Of a stretch of DNA of 61,724 bases, positions 26,594 through 38,662 are shown piece after piece. Origin of the DNA: Perkinsus olseni (Eukaryota); the NCBI GenBank assembly GCA_013115125.1, contig JABANN010000147.1, positions 1 to 61,724 of the forward strand, written 5' to 3'. The notes below the pieces were generated by a model. That model ran no database searches. It was not told where the DNA came from and saw only the letters and a list, made by a program, of their open reading frames with translations. The translations under genes and the position numbers were made by a program. Every line of letters begins with the position of its first letter. Position 1 is the stretch's first letter.

Positions 26594-28554
26594 TCATCGT
26601 CGATTAGGATCATACACGACCTGACCTCGAATCATGCAGAGTGGTCGTCTGTTGCCCACAGGACGGAGACCAGGAGGCCAGATATTCGCCGAGGCCCGCA
26701 TCCTCCTCTCCTGCGCCGCTGCAATGACGTCTTCATCGGAAACGGCTGGGCTGCCATCATCATCCACCTCAGAATCGTTAACTTCAGACTCCACAGTACG
26801 CCGCCTCACCGTCGACGTTTTTAAGCCATCATGACCAGCTCCGCTCCGCCCGACTAATTTACGATTTTTACTCGTTGGAGTTCCTCTCCGGGAGGCCCTC
26901 ACAGAGCGTCTAGTAGGGCCTTGATCCAGGTCAGACGTGTAATCGCTGACCGTCTCATCGTCAATGCCAAGCCGCTTCGGGGGTCTTCTCGACCGTCGCT
27001 TGGGCAAGTTTCTCGGGGTGACCGAGGCAGTGCCCGCTGGCTTACCGACGTAATCTGACGTGTCACTCTCAGGATCCCACTCGTCCTCATCGGTCCCCGT
27101 CCGCTTAGACGGCGATCGTCGCCGCTTCCTCGACTTCACAGTGGCCGGGGCGGCCTCCTTCTCATCTTGCTGAGCCTTGGTCTTCTTATCAGATCCGTCA
27201 CCCAGTGTCATGACTATCTCGCCAAGATGGCACGGATTCTCCCGACACACCATCGCGAGCAGGAGCCGCAGCTCCTTGGAACGCAGAAGGAGCTCATCAG
27301 CCTCAGCAAACAGCGGTAGGCATTCGACGCTCCGAGGCCCCACCAGGCCCATCGGTTGGGGATGCGGTTCCACATCAGCAGAGACGTAGAGGATCCTATC
27401 GTCACCAAACAGCTTGTTCGTCAGCTCCACGCACAGGCGGTTGTCAACGAAGGTCCACCGAGCTGACACCTCGTCCGGCCTGATCGATCGTCGTATCGAC
27501 TTGGGAACGACCTTCTCGACGTATGTCAACTCCGGTGGCTTCTTCTTCGCCCGGCATATCAACAGCTCGAAGGACTCGGGCTCTTCAGGCGGCTCCGGCG
27601 GCATGTCATCGATGGTCGGAAGCTCAGCGGCTTGCTCTGCTTGTGGCTGCTGCGGTGGCTGGGGCTGGTCCTCCATGAACTGGTCAAGCATCGTGAGCCA
27701 CGGTGCATGATCTCCCTGCTGATGCTGCTCAAGACCGTCCATCAGAGCCGACCCGAAGGCCAGGGCCTTGGCCATCTCGAATGAGGGGGAGTTCAATTGC
27801 GTCACCGTCGACCCCGACGAGAATGACATTGTAAAAAATGAGGAGTGAACCGCTGAACCGACAACTCCGTCACCCTTCGGAGAGCGCAACGGCTGCACAG
27901 AGGCCATGGAGAAAACAGCATGTCCTGAGGTCTCAATAGCACGTCCCTCCAGAGCTGCTGCTATTGCTACTTGTCGTAGTGGACGCCTGAGCCGGCTGTA
28001 TTGTACTGGCGCATTCTGCACACACGGTCCTGAAGGGAGTAAGGTCTAGAGGATGGGATGAGGGCTCCACGCTGGCCTACCCGAGGTTAGACCCTAATTC
28101 ACTGAGGTAGTTGGAGCACATGTTACAGACGGAATCGCCGCATGCACTGCACTGCGTGAAGGTAAGCACACACTGATCGGTGACCGATACCCGCAGGCAG
28201 CCGCAATACTTGCATCTGCCATCAGTGTCTAGTCGACTTCTCACAAGAGATGCTACTGACTTTGGCTCTGGCGGAGGTGCCGCAGCGGGGGCCTGCACCA
28301 CGGTCCTCCCCTTAGCAGCGGTGGATGAGGGGAGGGCCTGCGCGGCCTGCATCAGCTTGTGGAAAGTACTCTCTGCAACTGCTGCTTTGTCGATCCGTAC
28401 GTGCTTCACGGCCTACCGCAGGCAAACCCTCAGTCCTCGAGCGTTGCTATAGTTAACCCACCTCAGCCTGGAAAGAGGTACGGCCGCTGAGACCACGCTC
28501 CGGAGTGCCGCCCGTGAGGTCGATGACGTCCTCGATAGTCCTTTTCCGAGTCAT
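26594..28554 (-). CDS. Hypothetical nuclear protein with Cys-rich zinc finger
   Basis: MTRKRTIEDVIDLTG start; CKYCGC...C...CSACGDSVCNMC cluster; long final exon with basic NLS-like KSRKRRRSPSKR. Confidence 0.6.
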
Positions 28555-28826
28555 AATGAAAATAACAAGCAACTGAGCACGGCAAGGCCACACTCAGGTC
28601 CTATCAAAGGAGGACTATCGCTGTTAATGGCACCTGTTGAAGTCACACACGTTTACACTCTGGAGTCGACACCATAAGTGAGCCTCATTAAAGGCGCCCT
28701 CGAATGGAGGGTGCACCACAACACTGTACTGAAGAAAGCGAGAAACGTAGACGATGGAATGGTAGGCGATGATCAGTAAATATAGCGTATTAGGGTTCAG
28801 TGTTTATCAGGAAATACAGGAAATTC

Positions 28827-31793
28827 TCATGCGGGTTGATCGGCCTCCTTCAACTGCTGCATCGCCTTCGGGATGGCGTTTCCCAACCTCTCCTTGACCT
28901 CGGCCGGGCACTCTGCCAACCATGGGTGGTTCTGAGCTTCCCATCTTCGGAAGGCGTCCAAGATGGTCATCTTCAACACCACACCATCCAGCAACGGATC
29001 ATGAACCTCCTCTTCCTCAGAGTCCCCATCCGAGTCGCTGTCTTCAGCATACTCCTCTAGCTGACCAAGGATCTCATTATAAGCATCCTCCTCGCTGAGC
29101 TCCTCCTCATCATCGTCGTCGCTACCATCGATATCACCGCTGGTATCAATCAAGTCATTCAACAGTGTAGCTCCCCTGACATGCGACCTTTGGCGGTCAC
29201 GCTTGACCTCATACTCCAGGCCACTGGTGAGGACTTCGATGAGCCTCACAGGAAGCGGGGTCCTGGTCCTGACGTTGAGGAGGGCCGGCGCACGGCTGTC
29301 GATAAGCTTGATCAGAGCCGTGAGGAGTATCGTCCTCGAGTCCCTAGCCGCCACTTTAGACGCAGTAACACACCACATGGCCATCAACGCCTCCAGTCCC
29401 GTAGCCGCCTTGCCTTCGAGAGGGATAGTAAAGCTGGCCATAGCATCCACGACCTCGACAGGATTAGCATGGACGAGTCGAGCGAAGACGACCAAGAGAG
29501 ACTGGACCAAGTGCTGGGCCCTGGCCGCCAGCAGCCTCTGCAGCATGGCCTGCATGAACTGTGGTCCTAGGGCAGATCCCATGCGCTCCACTACCGCGGT
29601 GATGAGCGGTCCGGCGAACATAGCGGCTGAGTCGTCCAGCTCGTCAGCATTGAGCAGTCTCTCCAAAGTAGAGAGTATCATCGCCTTGGACTGCTCCAGC
29701 TGCTCCATAGGGGCTCTACGGACCACGTAAAGCAGAGTGTCGCAAGCGTTCTGGATGAGAGGGGCATCAGTGGTGTGCAAGCATAGGCTCAGCAGGGGCT
29801 TCACACAGGACCACATGTCCTCAGGGTAGGGCACCGTGGACCGCTTCAGCAGGATGGACAGCAACTCGATGGAGCTTCCGACGGTGTGGCTCTCGTACTC
29901 ATCAGGGTTGGACAGACACTGGCGGATCTTCGGCGTCACCGTCGAGGAGACCTTACCGAGGAGGCTCGGGTCAACAGCACAGGCGCAAGACAGAAGGTCC
30001 AACACTTGCAAGTGGACCAACGGGTCCATGGCCGCCCGGTCCCACAGACTCATAGTCAGGGCAAGGAAGTCGTCACTGACAGCCACTATGCTTTCAGGCG
30101 AGTAACGAGTGATGGATGTCAATGCCTCGATGCAGAGGTGCATAGACTCGTCGGCGAGGCCTTCGCCGGACCAACTCATCAGACTGCCAATGGACTGGAA
30201 GCCGCCACCACTGAGGAGGAGCTGATTGCACTCATCAGGTCGTTGAGCGGCGCATATACGAAGATACTGGCAGAAGGCCCGGGTAGCGATAAGACGGAGG
30301 CAAATGTGGTTCTTTGGCTGCATCGCCTGGAGGCTGTGCTGCAGGACGCTGTAGCAATCAGCAGTAAAACACGACTTCATGTAGTCTGATATCTTAGCAA
30401 GCAAAGCGAGGCCGCGCAGCCGCAAGAATGGCGGGGAATCTTCCTGACCAACAATCCCAGCCGCAACCTTCACGAGGTTGTCAACCTGTGCAATGGGCTT
30501 CCTCTTCTCGCCATGGTGGTTGATGGCCTCACACGCCCAACCAGTCATCAGCAGGCCCACCTCCGTCTTCTTCCATGCATAAGGGTTGGCGCTAGCAGCC
30601 GTGCCATCTCTGACCAGGGCAGTGGCCACCTCGATGATGGCTTTGAAGGCCTCACTGCTGAAAGCTTCGAGCATTTCCGCAGCCATGCCCTCCGCAGACA
30701 GCCGAACCGTGAGGGCAGCAAAATCGTCGTCCTCATTAGCGAGGAACGTGGCCGGATCATCGGACCACTCGGCCATCTGGCTCTCCGTTATCTGACAGTA
30801 GGACGCCAGCAGCTCCAAGACGACAGCAGTCTTCCCCTTCACGATCGAGCGCAGCTTCGACTTCGACACCACCGACGACAGCAACTCACAGAACTGCACG
30901 AGCAGGGTGGTCGGGCCACCGTCCTCCTCCTCGTCAATGCCGCCCTCCTCTGAGTTCACCACCAAATTCACGTACTGGGCCTGGGCGTTTCGGATGAACT
31001 CACATACGGGGTCCATGTCGGCGTCGAGGATCGGCTTCATCGATGAACCAAGCCTCTGCAGGAGCCTGCTGACCGCCCGGACTGCAGCAAGGACCGTCAG
31101 GACATCTCCACTACGAGCCATTTGCTCTACCACCGGAAGCCAACCCTTCAGAACCCCCGCCGCCAGTTCACTGCGCTGGGCTTTGGACACCGCCTGCTCA
31201 GCCACAATGGCGGCTGAGCTACTGAAGAGATCGAGGGCCTTCCACCTTGCCACCAGATCAACGTTGGTGTCTACTGCGAGGCTTCTCAGGGAGCCTTCAA
31301 GATTCAGCAGATGACCGGCGACCTCTGGGCCGGCCTCGTCCTGAAAGACTTGGAGCAAGTCAAAGCAGACGGCACGACGATCTCGTTGGGCCGCCGGGTT
31401 TTGCATCGTCTGCACTACACTATCCAGGACATGCTCCCAACCCTGCAGCGCCGTCTGGGCAGCGCACTGAGCCGCACAGGCATGGACAAGCTTCCGCACG
31501 GTACTGTTGGGCTCGAAGATATCCTTCGCCAGAATCTCTCTGATGCCATTCTGTTCGTCCGCCGCTAGGTCGCCCCAACGGTTCTTCACATTGCGCTTGA
31601 CAATGGTCAGTGCCAACTGCCTCATGGGGATAGATTGCGACGGATCTACGGCGAGGCGGCAGAGCGTCGTCTGGAAGCCCGGCAGAGCCTCCTGCTTCGC
31701 CAGGGCTCCCTCAGCGGACCTTCGGATGTCCGCGTTGGGAGAGGTCAAACCCTCTAGAAGAGAGAGTAGCGTCGTGCCGCAGTCGGAAGACAT
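28827..31793 (-). CDS. IPO9: Importin-9 / Kap114-like karyopherin, uninterrupted coding region
   Basis: IBN_N-like N-terminus (TSPNADIRRSAE...MRQLALTIVKRNVKNRW), QITESQMAEWSDDPATFLANEDDD...TVRLSA, acidic loop near the C-terminus. Start probably ATG 31793; a GT-AG intron-like segment lies at 31814-31852. Confidence 0.85.
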   Translation of the reverse strand: MSSDCGTTLLSLLEGLTSPNADIRRSAEGALAKQEALPGFQTTLCRLAVDPSQSIPMRQLALTIVKRNVKNRWGDLAADEQNGIREILAKDIFEPNSTVRKLVHACAAQCAAQTALQGWEHVLDSVVQTMQNPAAQRDRRAVCFDLLQVFQDEAGPEVAGHLLNLEGSLRSLAVDTNVDLVARWKALDLFSSSAAIVAEQAVSKAQRSELAAGVLKGWLPVVEQMARSGDVLTVLAAVRAVSRLLQRLGSSMKPILDADMDPVCEFIRNAQAQYVNLVVNSEEGGIDEEEDGGPTTLLVQFCELLSSVVSKSKLRSIVKGKTAVVLELLASYCQITESQMAEWSDDPATFLANEDDDFAALTVRLSAEGMAAEMLEAFSSEAFKAIIEVATALVRDGTAASANPYAWKKTEVGLLMTGWACEAINHHGEKRKPIAQVDNLVKVAAGIVGQEDSPPFLRLRGLALLAKISDYMKSCFTADCYSVLQHSLQAMQPKNHICLRLIATRAFCQYLRICAAQRPDECNQLLLSGGGFQSIGSLMSWSGEGLADESMHLCIEALTSITRYSPESIVAVSDDFLALTMSLWDRAAMDPLVHLQVLDLLSCACAVDPSLLGKVSSTVTPKIRQCLSNPDEYESHTVGSSIELLSILLKRSTVPYPEDMWSCVKPLLSLCLHTTDAPLIQNACDTLLYVVRRAPMEQLEQSKAMILSTLERLLNADELDDSAAMFAGPLITAVVERMGSALGPQFMQAMLQRLLAARAQHLVQSLLVVFARLVHANPVEVVDAMASFTIPLEGKAATGLEALMAMWCVTASKVAARDSRTILLTALIKLIDSRAPALLNVRTRTPLPVRLIEVLTSGLEYEVKRDRQRSHVRGATLLNDLIDTSGDIDGSDDDDEEELSEEDAYNEILGQLEEYAEDSDSDGDSEEEEVHDPLLDGVVLKMTILDAFRRWEAQNHPWLAECPAEVKERLGNAIPKAMQQLKEADQPA

Positions 31794-32570
31794 CGAACTG
31801 CAGAAGGCAGCTGCTGGGGGAGGAGAAGAAATACAATCCTGAGAGAACTCACCATCAGAGCCCAACGAGAGGTCGGGGGATCTAGCAAGAGAATCTTTCA
31901 TACGCCAACTCTTATCGGAGTACCCCTCGGTAAATCGGCGTCTAAGAGAAGAGCTCGAGAGCTGAATACTTCCTGAAGCTGCCTGGGCCTGTGATACACT
32001 GCCAAAAGTATGTAAAAAGCCTCGGCGGAGTGACCGAGATCCACGACGTCACCTAGACGCCAGCGCGTAAGTTGCTTCGATCGTTTCGAACGCTGGAGAC
32101 CTGGGACGAGCGAAATTCGAGGAAAATAAAAGGCTGCTGGTCACCAGGGCGAGAAGAGCGTAGCAGGCGTTACATTGAGACGGACAGTGGATCCTGCAAG
32201 CAAGGAAGGAGCACTTGTTCAATCGGGCGACCAAAACACGAGAAAGACGAATCGATTAAAGTGGCGTAGCGAGATATCACCACGCCGACTTGCGTTGTCA
32301 AGACTCTCCATCCTTACGTGTTCGAGGCCGCGTGATAGTGCCCAAACGACGTTCAGGTAGCTCGCTGAGGAACGTTGATTTCAACACAGATATACTCGCC
32401 GATTTCAGCTCAAAAAATACGTCCGAATTTTTATTTTTCGTGACAGAACAGGGCACCGCTATCAGGCTCCATCTCTGCCCACCACAACATCTCTCCGCTA
32501 GCAACGCAGCATGAGTCTGCTTGAGTGAATAGGGGTCGTTGGTCTCAGGCGTTTTGCGTATTTTATCATA

Positions 32571-33955
32571 ATGCTGCTCGGTTTGGACACTCCCTTCAAG
32601 TTTGCCTTATTCATAGGGTACATCGTCGTGTGGACGTCCCAGAGCATTCTGGTCCATCTAGCGGCCAAGAGGGGCATCGAGTATAACTACACTACTGTGG
32701 TCTTCTTGCAGGACTGCTGCAAGATGCTCATCACTGTCTTCTTATTTGTTCGTTCTGAGGGTAGTCTCGGTGACCTCTGGCGCCAAATGGTGGTCCATAA
32801 GAAGTTGGCCGTCCTTTACCTGGTCCCTGCTGGCCTCTATGCGATTTACAACAACCTCACGTTCATATCGATGGCGACCTTCGACCCAGCCACCTACTAT
32901 GTCCTGCTGCAGGCTAAGCTCGTCGTTACCGCCATCCTCTGTGTCACCGTCTTGCACAAGCCTGTGAGCAAAGTACAGTGGCTGGGCCTTTTCATCATAA
33001 CAATAGGCGCCATGATGAAAGAGTAAGCTCTTCCCGTCTTGTCTCATGGTCGACCTTGGATACCATCATCAGATACAAAGTGTTTATCCATGGTTTTGAA
33101 GGAGGGCATTCCATTTGGGATTATCTCCTCGTCCTCTTGCTTGTGTTACTCTCTAGTTTTGCCGGTGTCTACAACGAGAAGCTTCTGAAGGGCCAAGACA
33201 CGGCCAGTCCCAACGTGCAAAATATGTTTATGTAAGCGCTAGGGACAGCCGCGATGGAGGAAGTATGGCTACCTTGTCAGGTACATAGTGTCTATGGCGT
33301 GTAATGCTCTGGGCCTGATGGTGCGGGGTTCTGGCTGGGGCCTCATCACTGCATTTTCGCCCGAGAATCTCAAACCCATTCTCTCATGGAACGTTTTGGC
33401 GATAATATTCAATGCCGCCATCACAGGAGTGATGACTGGTACTATGGCGGGATTTTGAGGGGCTTAGCGGGGCATTCAGAAGCTAGGCTCGAATGATCGA
33501 CTTGGACGCATCGTACTTCAGGCTTCTTCTTAAAGCACTTGAACTCGATTCTCAAGTCCATTGCGGCGGCTATCCAGGTTTGGACAGTGGCAATAACCTC
33601 TTCCATCGTTTTCGGGTACCCCATCGACCTAGGGGTATTCCTGTCCCTCGTACTGGTAATAACTTGGGAACTTTCGCTTGAGGAATTCTGTGCGAAGTCG
33701 AGAATCACTCTTCAACGTGCTTAGGTCACAGCAGGCGTCTGGGTCTACAGTCGATATCCGGAGACGCCCGCTCCCGCTGCGAAACCTGTTCCTACACGTG
33801 AGCCGGGTGATGAGGGTGATGTCGAATTGGGGGCTCTCGACACTAGTAGCGGGTCCGAGTACAACAAGCAGCAGAGTGGCGCTAGCTCGGATGAGCCCTC
33901 CCCAAAGTACGCGAGGAACCGTCCGGGATCGATGTCCGTGACGGGAAAGGAGTAG
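32571..33955 (+). CDS. Nucleotide-sugar transporter, SLC35A family
   Basis: YLVPAGLYAIYNNL, DPATYYVLLQAKLVVTA, SSFAGVYNEKLLK, VQNMFM|Y, FFLKHLNSILKSIA; multiple hydrophobic segments. Confidence 0.9.
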
Positions 33956-34102
33956 CTGTGTGGCTGTTCGGTATTATACGATAGTTCCTCCCAGGTTTAC
34001 AGTTGTAACATCCATCGCACCAATTGAATAAAGAATACTTTTCGGAACTCAAAAGCTGCGTTGAAGAGTCGGGCTGGGGCATTTGGATTGGGCGTTCTCA
34101 GG

Positions 34103-37100
34103 ATGAGTTTTTCCTCTTTGCCATGGCTTGCTGTTTTTCTGCTCGGCACTATCCTGGTGGTAGGGGAGCCGAGCATGAGGTGGGATGGGGGCTCCAGTGG
34201 TTCGGGAGGGATGTAATAAAGGGAAGAGATGGAGTAGTCTGGGGGGGCTGCCCCCGTTCGCTGCCACTATGTTTTCGGGTTGTATTGAGCGCTGACTCAG
34301 TCAACCCGTTCGTGGTCAGTAACTCTGTGCCGGCTGAGGCGCCTTTCGCCGCAGTCCGACCTTGAGTATCCTCTGGGTAGCACCATTCTTCACAGAGTAC
34401 TACTTGAGAGTGCTACCATTACCGTGCTTACGTGTGGGGCTTCGTGGAGGAAATGTAAAGGTTCGACTCACGCGAACATATCAAGTTTTCTCAGGGACCT
34501 CGTCGAACGGATGCATGAACACGCCTTCGGAGGCTACATGAGGTGCCCTCGGCTCTAGTACCGGTGGCTAGCTTTTGGCGCATCCCTCGTTGTAAGATAC
34601 GCGTTCCCGTATGACGAGCTTCGGCCTCTCTCCTGCGATGGACGTATCCTTCGTGAACGAGGGGACCTCGACTTCAACATCGCCAATGTCTCCATGACGT
34701 AGCTGGGAGTGTGAGGTCGAGTGACGGCAGAGTCCATTGGCAGGTACATAGACGCGTTAGATTCGCTAGTGCTTTTCGACAGACTGGAAGACTTTGGAGA
34801 GGCGGTCGATTATATATCACATAATGTGACTTTTGACCGTGATGTGGTGAGCAGGGAAAATGTATGATGCTGGGATAGAACCTGCGACCCATGGTAGGTA
34901 GTCTCGGCCTTTGAACTCAACATCCGCGTTCTTGGGGGACTCCTGTCGGGCCACCTTCATGCCAAACGAATGGGCATACCTTCCGGCTACCAGGACGGCC
35001 TCCTCCAGAAAGCGATCGATCTAGGAGACAGGTGATAGTGCTGTGGACTGCGGTCCTGCCCTGCGGTCCTGCCCTCCCATCTCGGTACCCCGCTCAGGCT
35101 CTACAGAGCCTTCGATACCCCTACAGATCTTCCGGCGGCTCGGGTTAATCTAGCTGGGGGAGTTGATGATGGTGAGGACGTGCCTGACAGTACTTCTGTC
35201 GCGGAGGCTGGTAGTTGGATCTTGGGTGAGGCTATGCGTCGAATTGGAAGATATTACGAAACTTGTGTGCTGCTCAGAGTTCGGAACCCTCAGCTTGCTC
35301 ACAGGCGATTGGAAATATTATAACGCGGCTAGGAAGGCACTCGATCGTTTATGGTAATTTCCCGCCATAATCTCTCTCCGATAGTAGCCGTTTGCCTCTT
35401 TCTTCTTAGGGGTATGAGGATGGGTGCCGCGGCTTTGCTGCCAACCACCATCTCCGTCTCAGCAGGGTTGTGGCAAGACAGTCTCTCGTCGGGAGCCGGG
35501 CCTGGGCATGACTCCTACTATGAGTACAACCCTTCCCTTTCCTAGAGAGAAACCTTGACAGGTCTCTCCAGGTACTTACTCAAGGCTTATGTGCTCTTCG
35601 GTGATGTCGAGCTTTTTGAACGCTTCATGGAGCACTATGAGGGCATCAGTACGATAGTCGGGCTCTCCATTCTGACACCTCTAGCTGTCCAGGTTCTTAT
35701 CAAGCCGGCGGGCAGCTAACGTTTGATATAGCGTTTGACTCACCCGTGCACAGCCAAGTGTCACCCCTTCAGAGCTTCTGGGGTGGAGGTGAGCTCTTGT
35801 GGTGCTCAGGCGTCGTGTATTGGTGCGGGCTTGTCAGTGATAAACTCGATACGAGGGCCCTCAGCCTACGCTACTGCGGTCTCGCGAATGTGGTCTCGAC
35901 TGTGGAATTCCATGCGTGGCCTCCCAGAAGTCGTGGACATAAAAGGTCGAGGTGTGAACTTGATAGCCTACGGACGAGATTTCAATCTCCGGTAAAACTG
36001 GTCGGGAGCGCGGTACTCATGGCGATGGGTACCCTCCTAGGCCCGAGTTGGCGGAGACTCTGGCACAGCTGGGTGCAGCGACGAGTGGCGGTGTCGAGGA
36101 CGAGTCGTACAAGTGGAAGCTAGAGGCAATGGCTCATGACTTGGAGAATAGAACTAAGGTCATAGCCGGGTAGCTCGACGAGAGCTTTCGATTGGTGTGC
36201 GGTACAACTCTCAACTCGTTCGCTTCAAAAATTTATGGGGGATGGGCCTTCTCAAGTCGGCGCCGTGTAGTTGGTCCGTGCATCTTGCATAGCAGGAGGC
36301 TCTTGCTTCGAGCAGCATATTCGGAGATCTAATATTTTAAGAGTGTACCGCTTCCAAGTTTGACTTCCTCAGGTCGTGTGCGGTTACGCATCCATAGCGG
36401 ACGTCCTGGGCCATCGTAACGATGATCGGATGGACAGCTTTTTCCTCAGCGAGACTCTGCCTTACCTGTACTGCTAACCTACTAGTAGATGCGTCTTTCA
36501 GCTGGTCTCCTTGTCAGGTACATGGGGGTGAGCGGCCATTCTGATGTCGTAGCCAGCCGGTTTGGTAGTGGTAGTATGGGCAGAGTGCTCACTACGGAGG
36601 CCCACGTCCTGCCGCTGAAGGGGTTGACTCCCCTCGTTCAACGAGGCCCCGATCGTGCCCATCGTGAGCGGAGTAATAGTAGAGCCCTTCGAGCCCAGTG
36701 AGTGCTATGCCTGGCTCTCAGGTGCAGCAGCCCCTCTCATCTGCCCCAAGGGTCCCTCCCCCCTCTTAAAACTAGCGGATATGGTCGATTGGCACGTATC
36801 CCACGGTGCTTGGAGCGTCTGGCCTCTCTTACCTGCTGCCCTCAGAGTGGCCATTCCGACGGAAGTCACCATGCCTAAGGGGAAAGCACGGTTGGTTATT
36901 CGAGGGGACGGAATGATGGGCGATCGGCCTCTATTCAACCTGAGCGTGGGGACGGCTGTATTCGGTGGTAGGATTCGTGAAAGGAGTGGTATGGAACAAA
37001 CTAAGTGGGATTTGAGCAGAGTCAAGCGAACGAGGTTCGCTGCGATGATACACTCGGGGCCTTCTCTCCGAGCCGCCCTGAAAGAACGAAGAAGCTGCAC

Positions 37101-37557
37101 CCTCGATGGCAACATCTATCGCAACGCTACAGAGACTGCTGGCCACGATTCCTCCTACGGGCTCCAGTGGCGCGAGTCCCCGGCCCCGCTGAGGCCCTCA
37201 GGCTTCCGACTAGTAATGGCGGCCGAAGGCTCCGACTTCGCCTGTAGTCACCCCGACCAGAGAGAATACGACGAGGCGGACAATGTCATGCTGGTTACTC
37301 GTAGAGGAGGTAATTGCTCATTCGCCGATAAAGCCCTGAATGCTCAGCTCATGGGAGCAAGCGGCGTCCTGGTGATCGACGAGGCGAGCTCAGGTGGGAG
37401 AAAGAATCTCGTGATGACGTGCGAGAGCGGAAAGAATTGGCTCTGCCGCCACATACACATCCCTGCCGTCTCGGTACCGGCGGGAGACTTCAGCCCTGTT
37501 TTATCCGTTTTGCAGGCTGGCAAGAGAATCTTCGCGGAGCTCCGAGAGGGCTCATAG
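34103..37557 (+). CDS. EDEM-type GH47 alpha-1,2-mannosidase-like protein with C-terminal PA domain (EDEM3-like)
   Basis: Signal peptide MSFSSLPWLAVFLLGTILVVG; YAFPYDELRPLSC, FELNIRVLGGLLSGH, GHDSYYEY, LRPELAET, DRMDSFFLSET; PA domain RRGGNCSFADKALNAQLMGASGVLVID. Confidence 0.9.
34180..34494 (+). other. 315-nt structured first intron of the EDEM gene; candidate intronic ncRNA
   Basis: Stems cgggttg/caacccg (34276-82/34302-08), ggtagcac/gtgctacc (34376-83/34410-17), cgtgtggg/ctcacgcg (34431-38/34467-74), the last followed by ACA at 34476-78. Confidence 0.5.
36199..36351. repeat. Terminal inverted repeat enclosing about 150 nt inside a 214-nt EDEM intron (36159-36372)
   Basis: gcggtacaactct (36199-36211) pairs with agagtgtaccgc (36340-36351) with one bulged A. 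Confidence 0.65.
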
Positions 37558-37780
37558 TTTTGATAGAGATCTCAGTTTTGGTACACTTGCAATTTTTATA
37601 CCATTCTCTAGGCCCGCCGCCGGAGGCACTTAATGTTTTTGCCACCGAGAGCTCTCGTCTTCTGGCGACTTCTCATATCCCTTCGCTGCCATCGTGTGAC
37701 CGCTCTGCCGAGTCGTGTTGAGTTTAGTCGGTGAGAATGGCAGCTTCGCCGTCACAGGTTTCACCTCAGCCTTCTCGACC

Positions 37781-38530
37781 ATGCGACAATTGAAGCCCCA
37801 TGAGCAGAAGCTCCTTCGGAAGGTCAACCTTTATCAGTGGAAGAGAGATGATAACAATGTCCGTGAGGCGAAGATAATCCGGAAATATGGTATACAGGAC
37901 AGAGAGGATTACACCAGGTGAGTCTCGACCGTGCCGTTGTCGTGTGAGGACGGTGTCTGGACGAAGGTACAACAAGCTGTCTGGTCTGGTGACGAAGGTT
38001 GTAGCGCAGCTGAGAAAGCTGCCAGCGAGTGATGAGGAACGTATCAAAATGACTGAGGTCCTCCTTGATAAATTGTAAGGTGCCGCTGGCCGTGGACGTA
38101 GAGGTCGATGAGCACGTGCTAGGTACACTATGGGAGTCATCCCGACTGCTTCGTCACTGGACAAGTGCGTTGAGCTCTCAGCCTCGTCCTTTGCCCGGAG
38201 GCGACTCTCGGTTGTGGTGACACGCAATCACTTCACTGAGCAGGTAGGGTGAGGTAGGGATCTCCATGGCATCATCTGCTCGCTGGTTAGGTATCCCAGG
38301 CTAACCGATACATCGAACAGGGCCACATTTCCATCGGACCTGATGTCGTCACCGACCCAGCCATGCATGTCACTCGAGAGATGGAAGACTGCCTCCAGTG
38401 GAGCCAAGGCTCTAAGGTACCACCTCCACAGGTCCAACGGCTTCAATGCCGGCATCTTGTCGTATCTTAGGTTAAGCGTAACGTCATGGAGTTCAACGAG
38501 GAGCTGGATGACTTCGAGCTTATGGGTTAA
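37781..38530 (+). CDS. IMP3: U3 snoRNP protein IMP3 (S4 domain)
   Basis: MRQLKPHEQKLLRKVNLYQWK...IQDREDYTR|YNKLSG...SSFARRRLSVV...IEQGHISIGPDVVTDPAMHVTREMED...DDFELMG*. Confidence 0.95.
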
Positions 38531-38662
38531 TAGACCATTACGTTCCTTCACACTGCTTTGCCAGCTAAGCCTTGTGTTGAGTGTCTTCAAGGCCCGCTCT
38601 GGCTCTACCTTGGCTTGGCACCAGCTCTCCGAGCTAGAGAGTTCCGTTGCAGGGTTTGTTGC

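Noticed and set aside
29181-31842. Numerous antisense ORFs over importin-9 and other genes
   Set aside because: Shadow ORFs expected opposite GC-rich coding sequence; no independent motifs.
36226-36233. Minus-strand AATTTTTG Sm-site-like motif
   Set aside because: No recognisable U1/U2/U4/U5 or SL RNA features around it.
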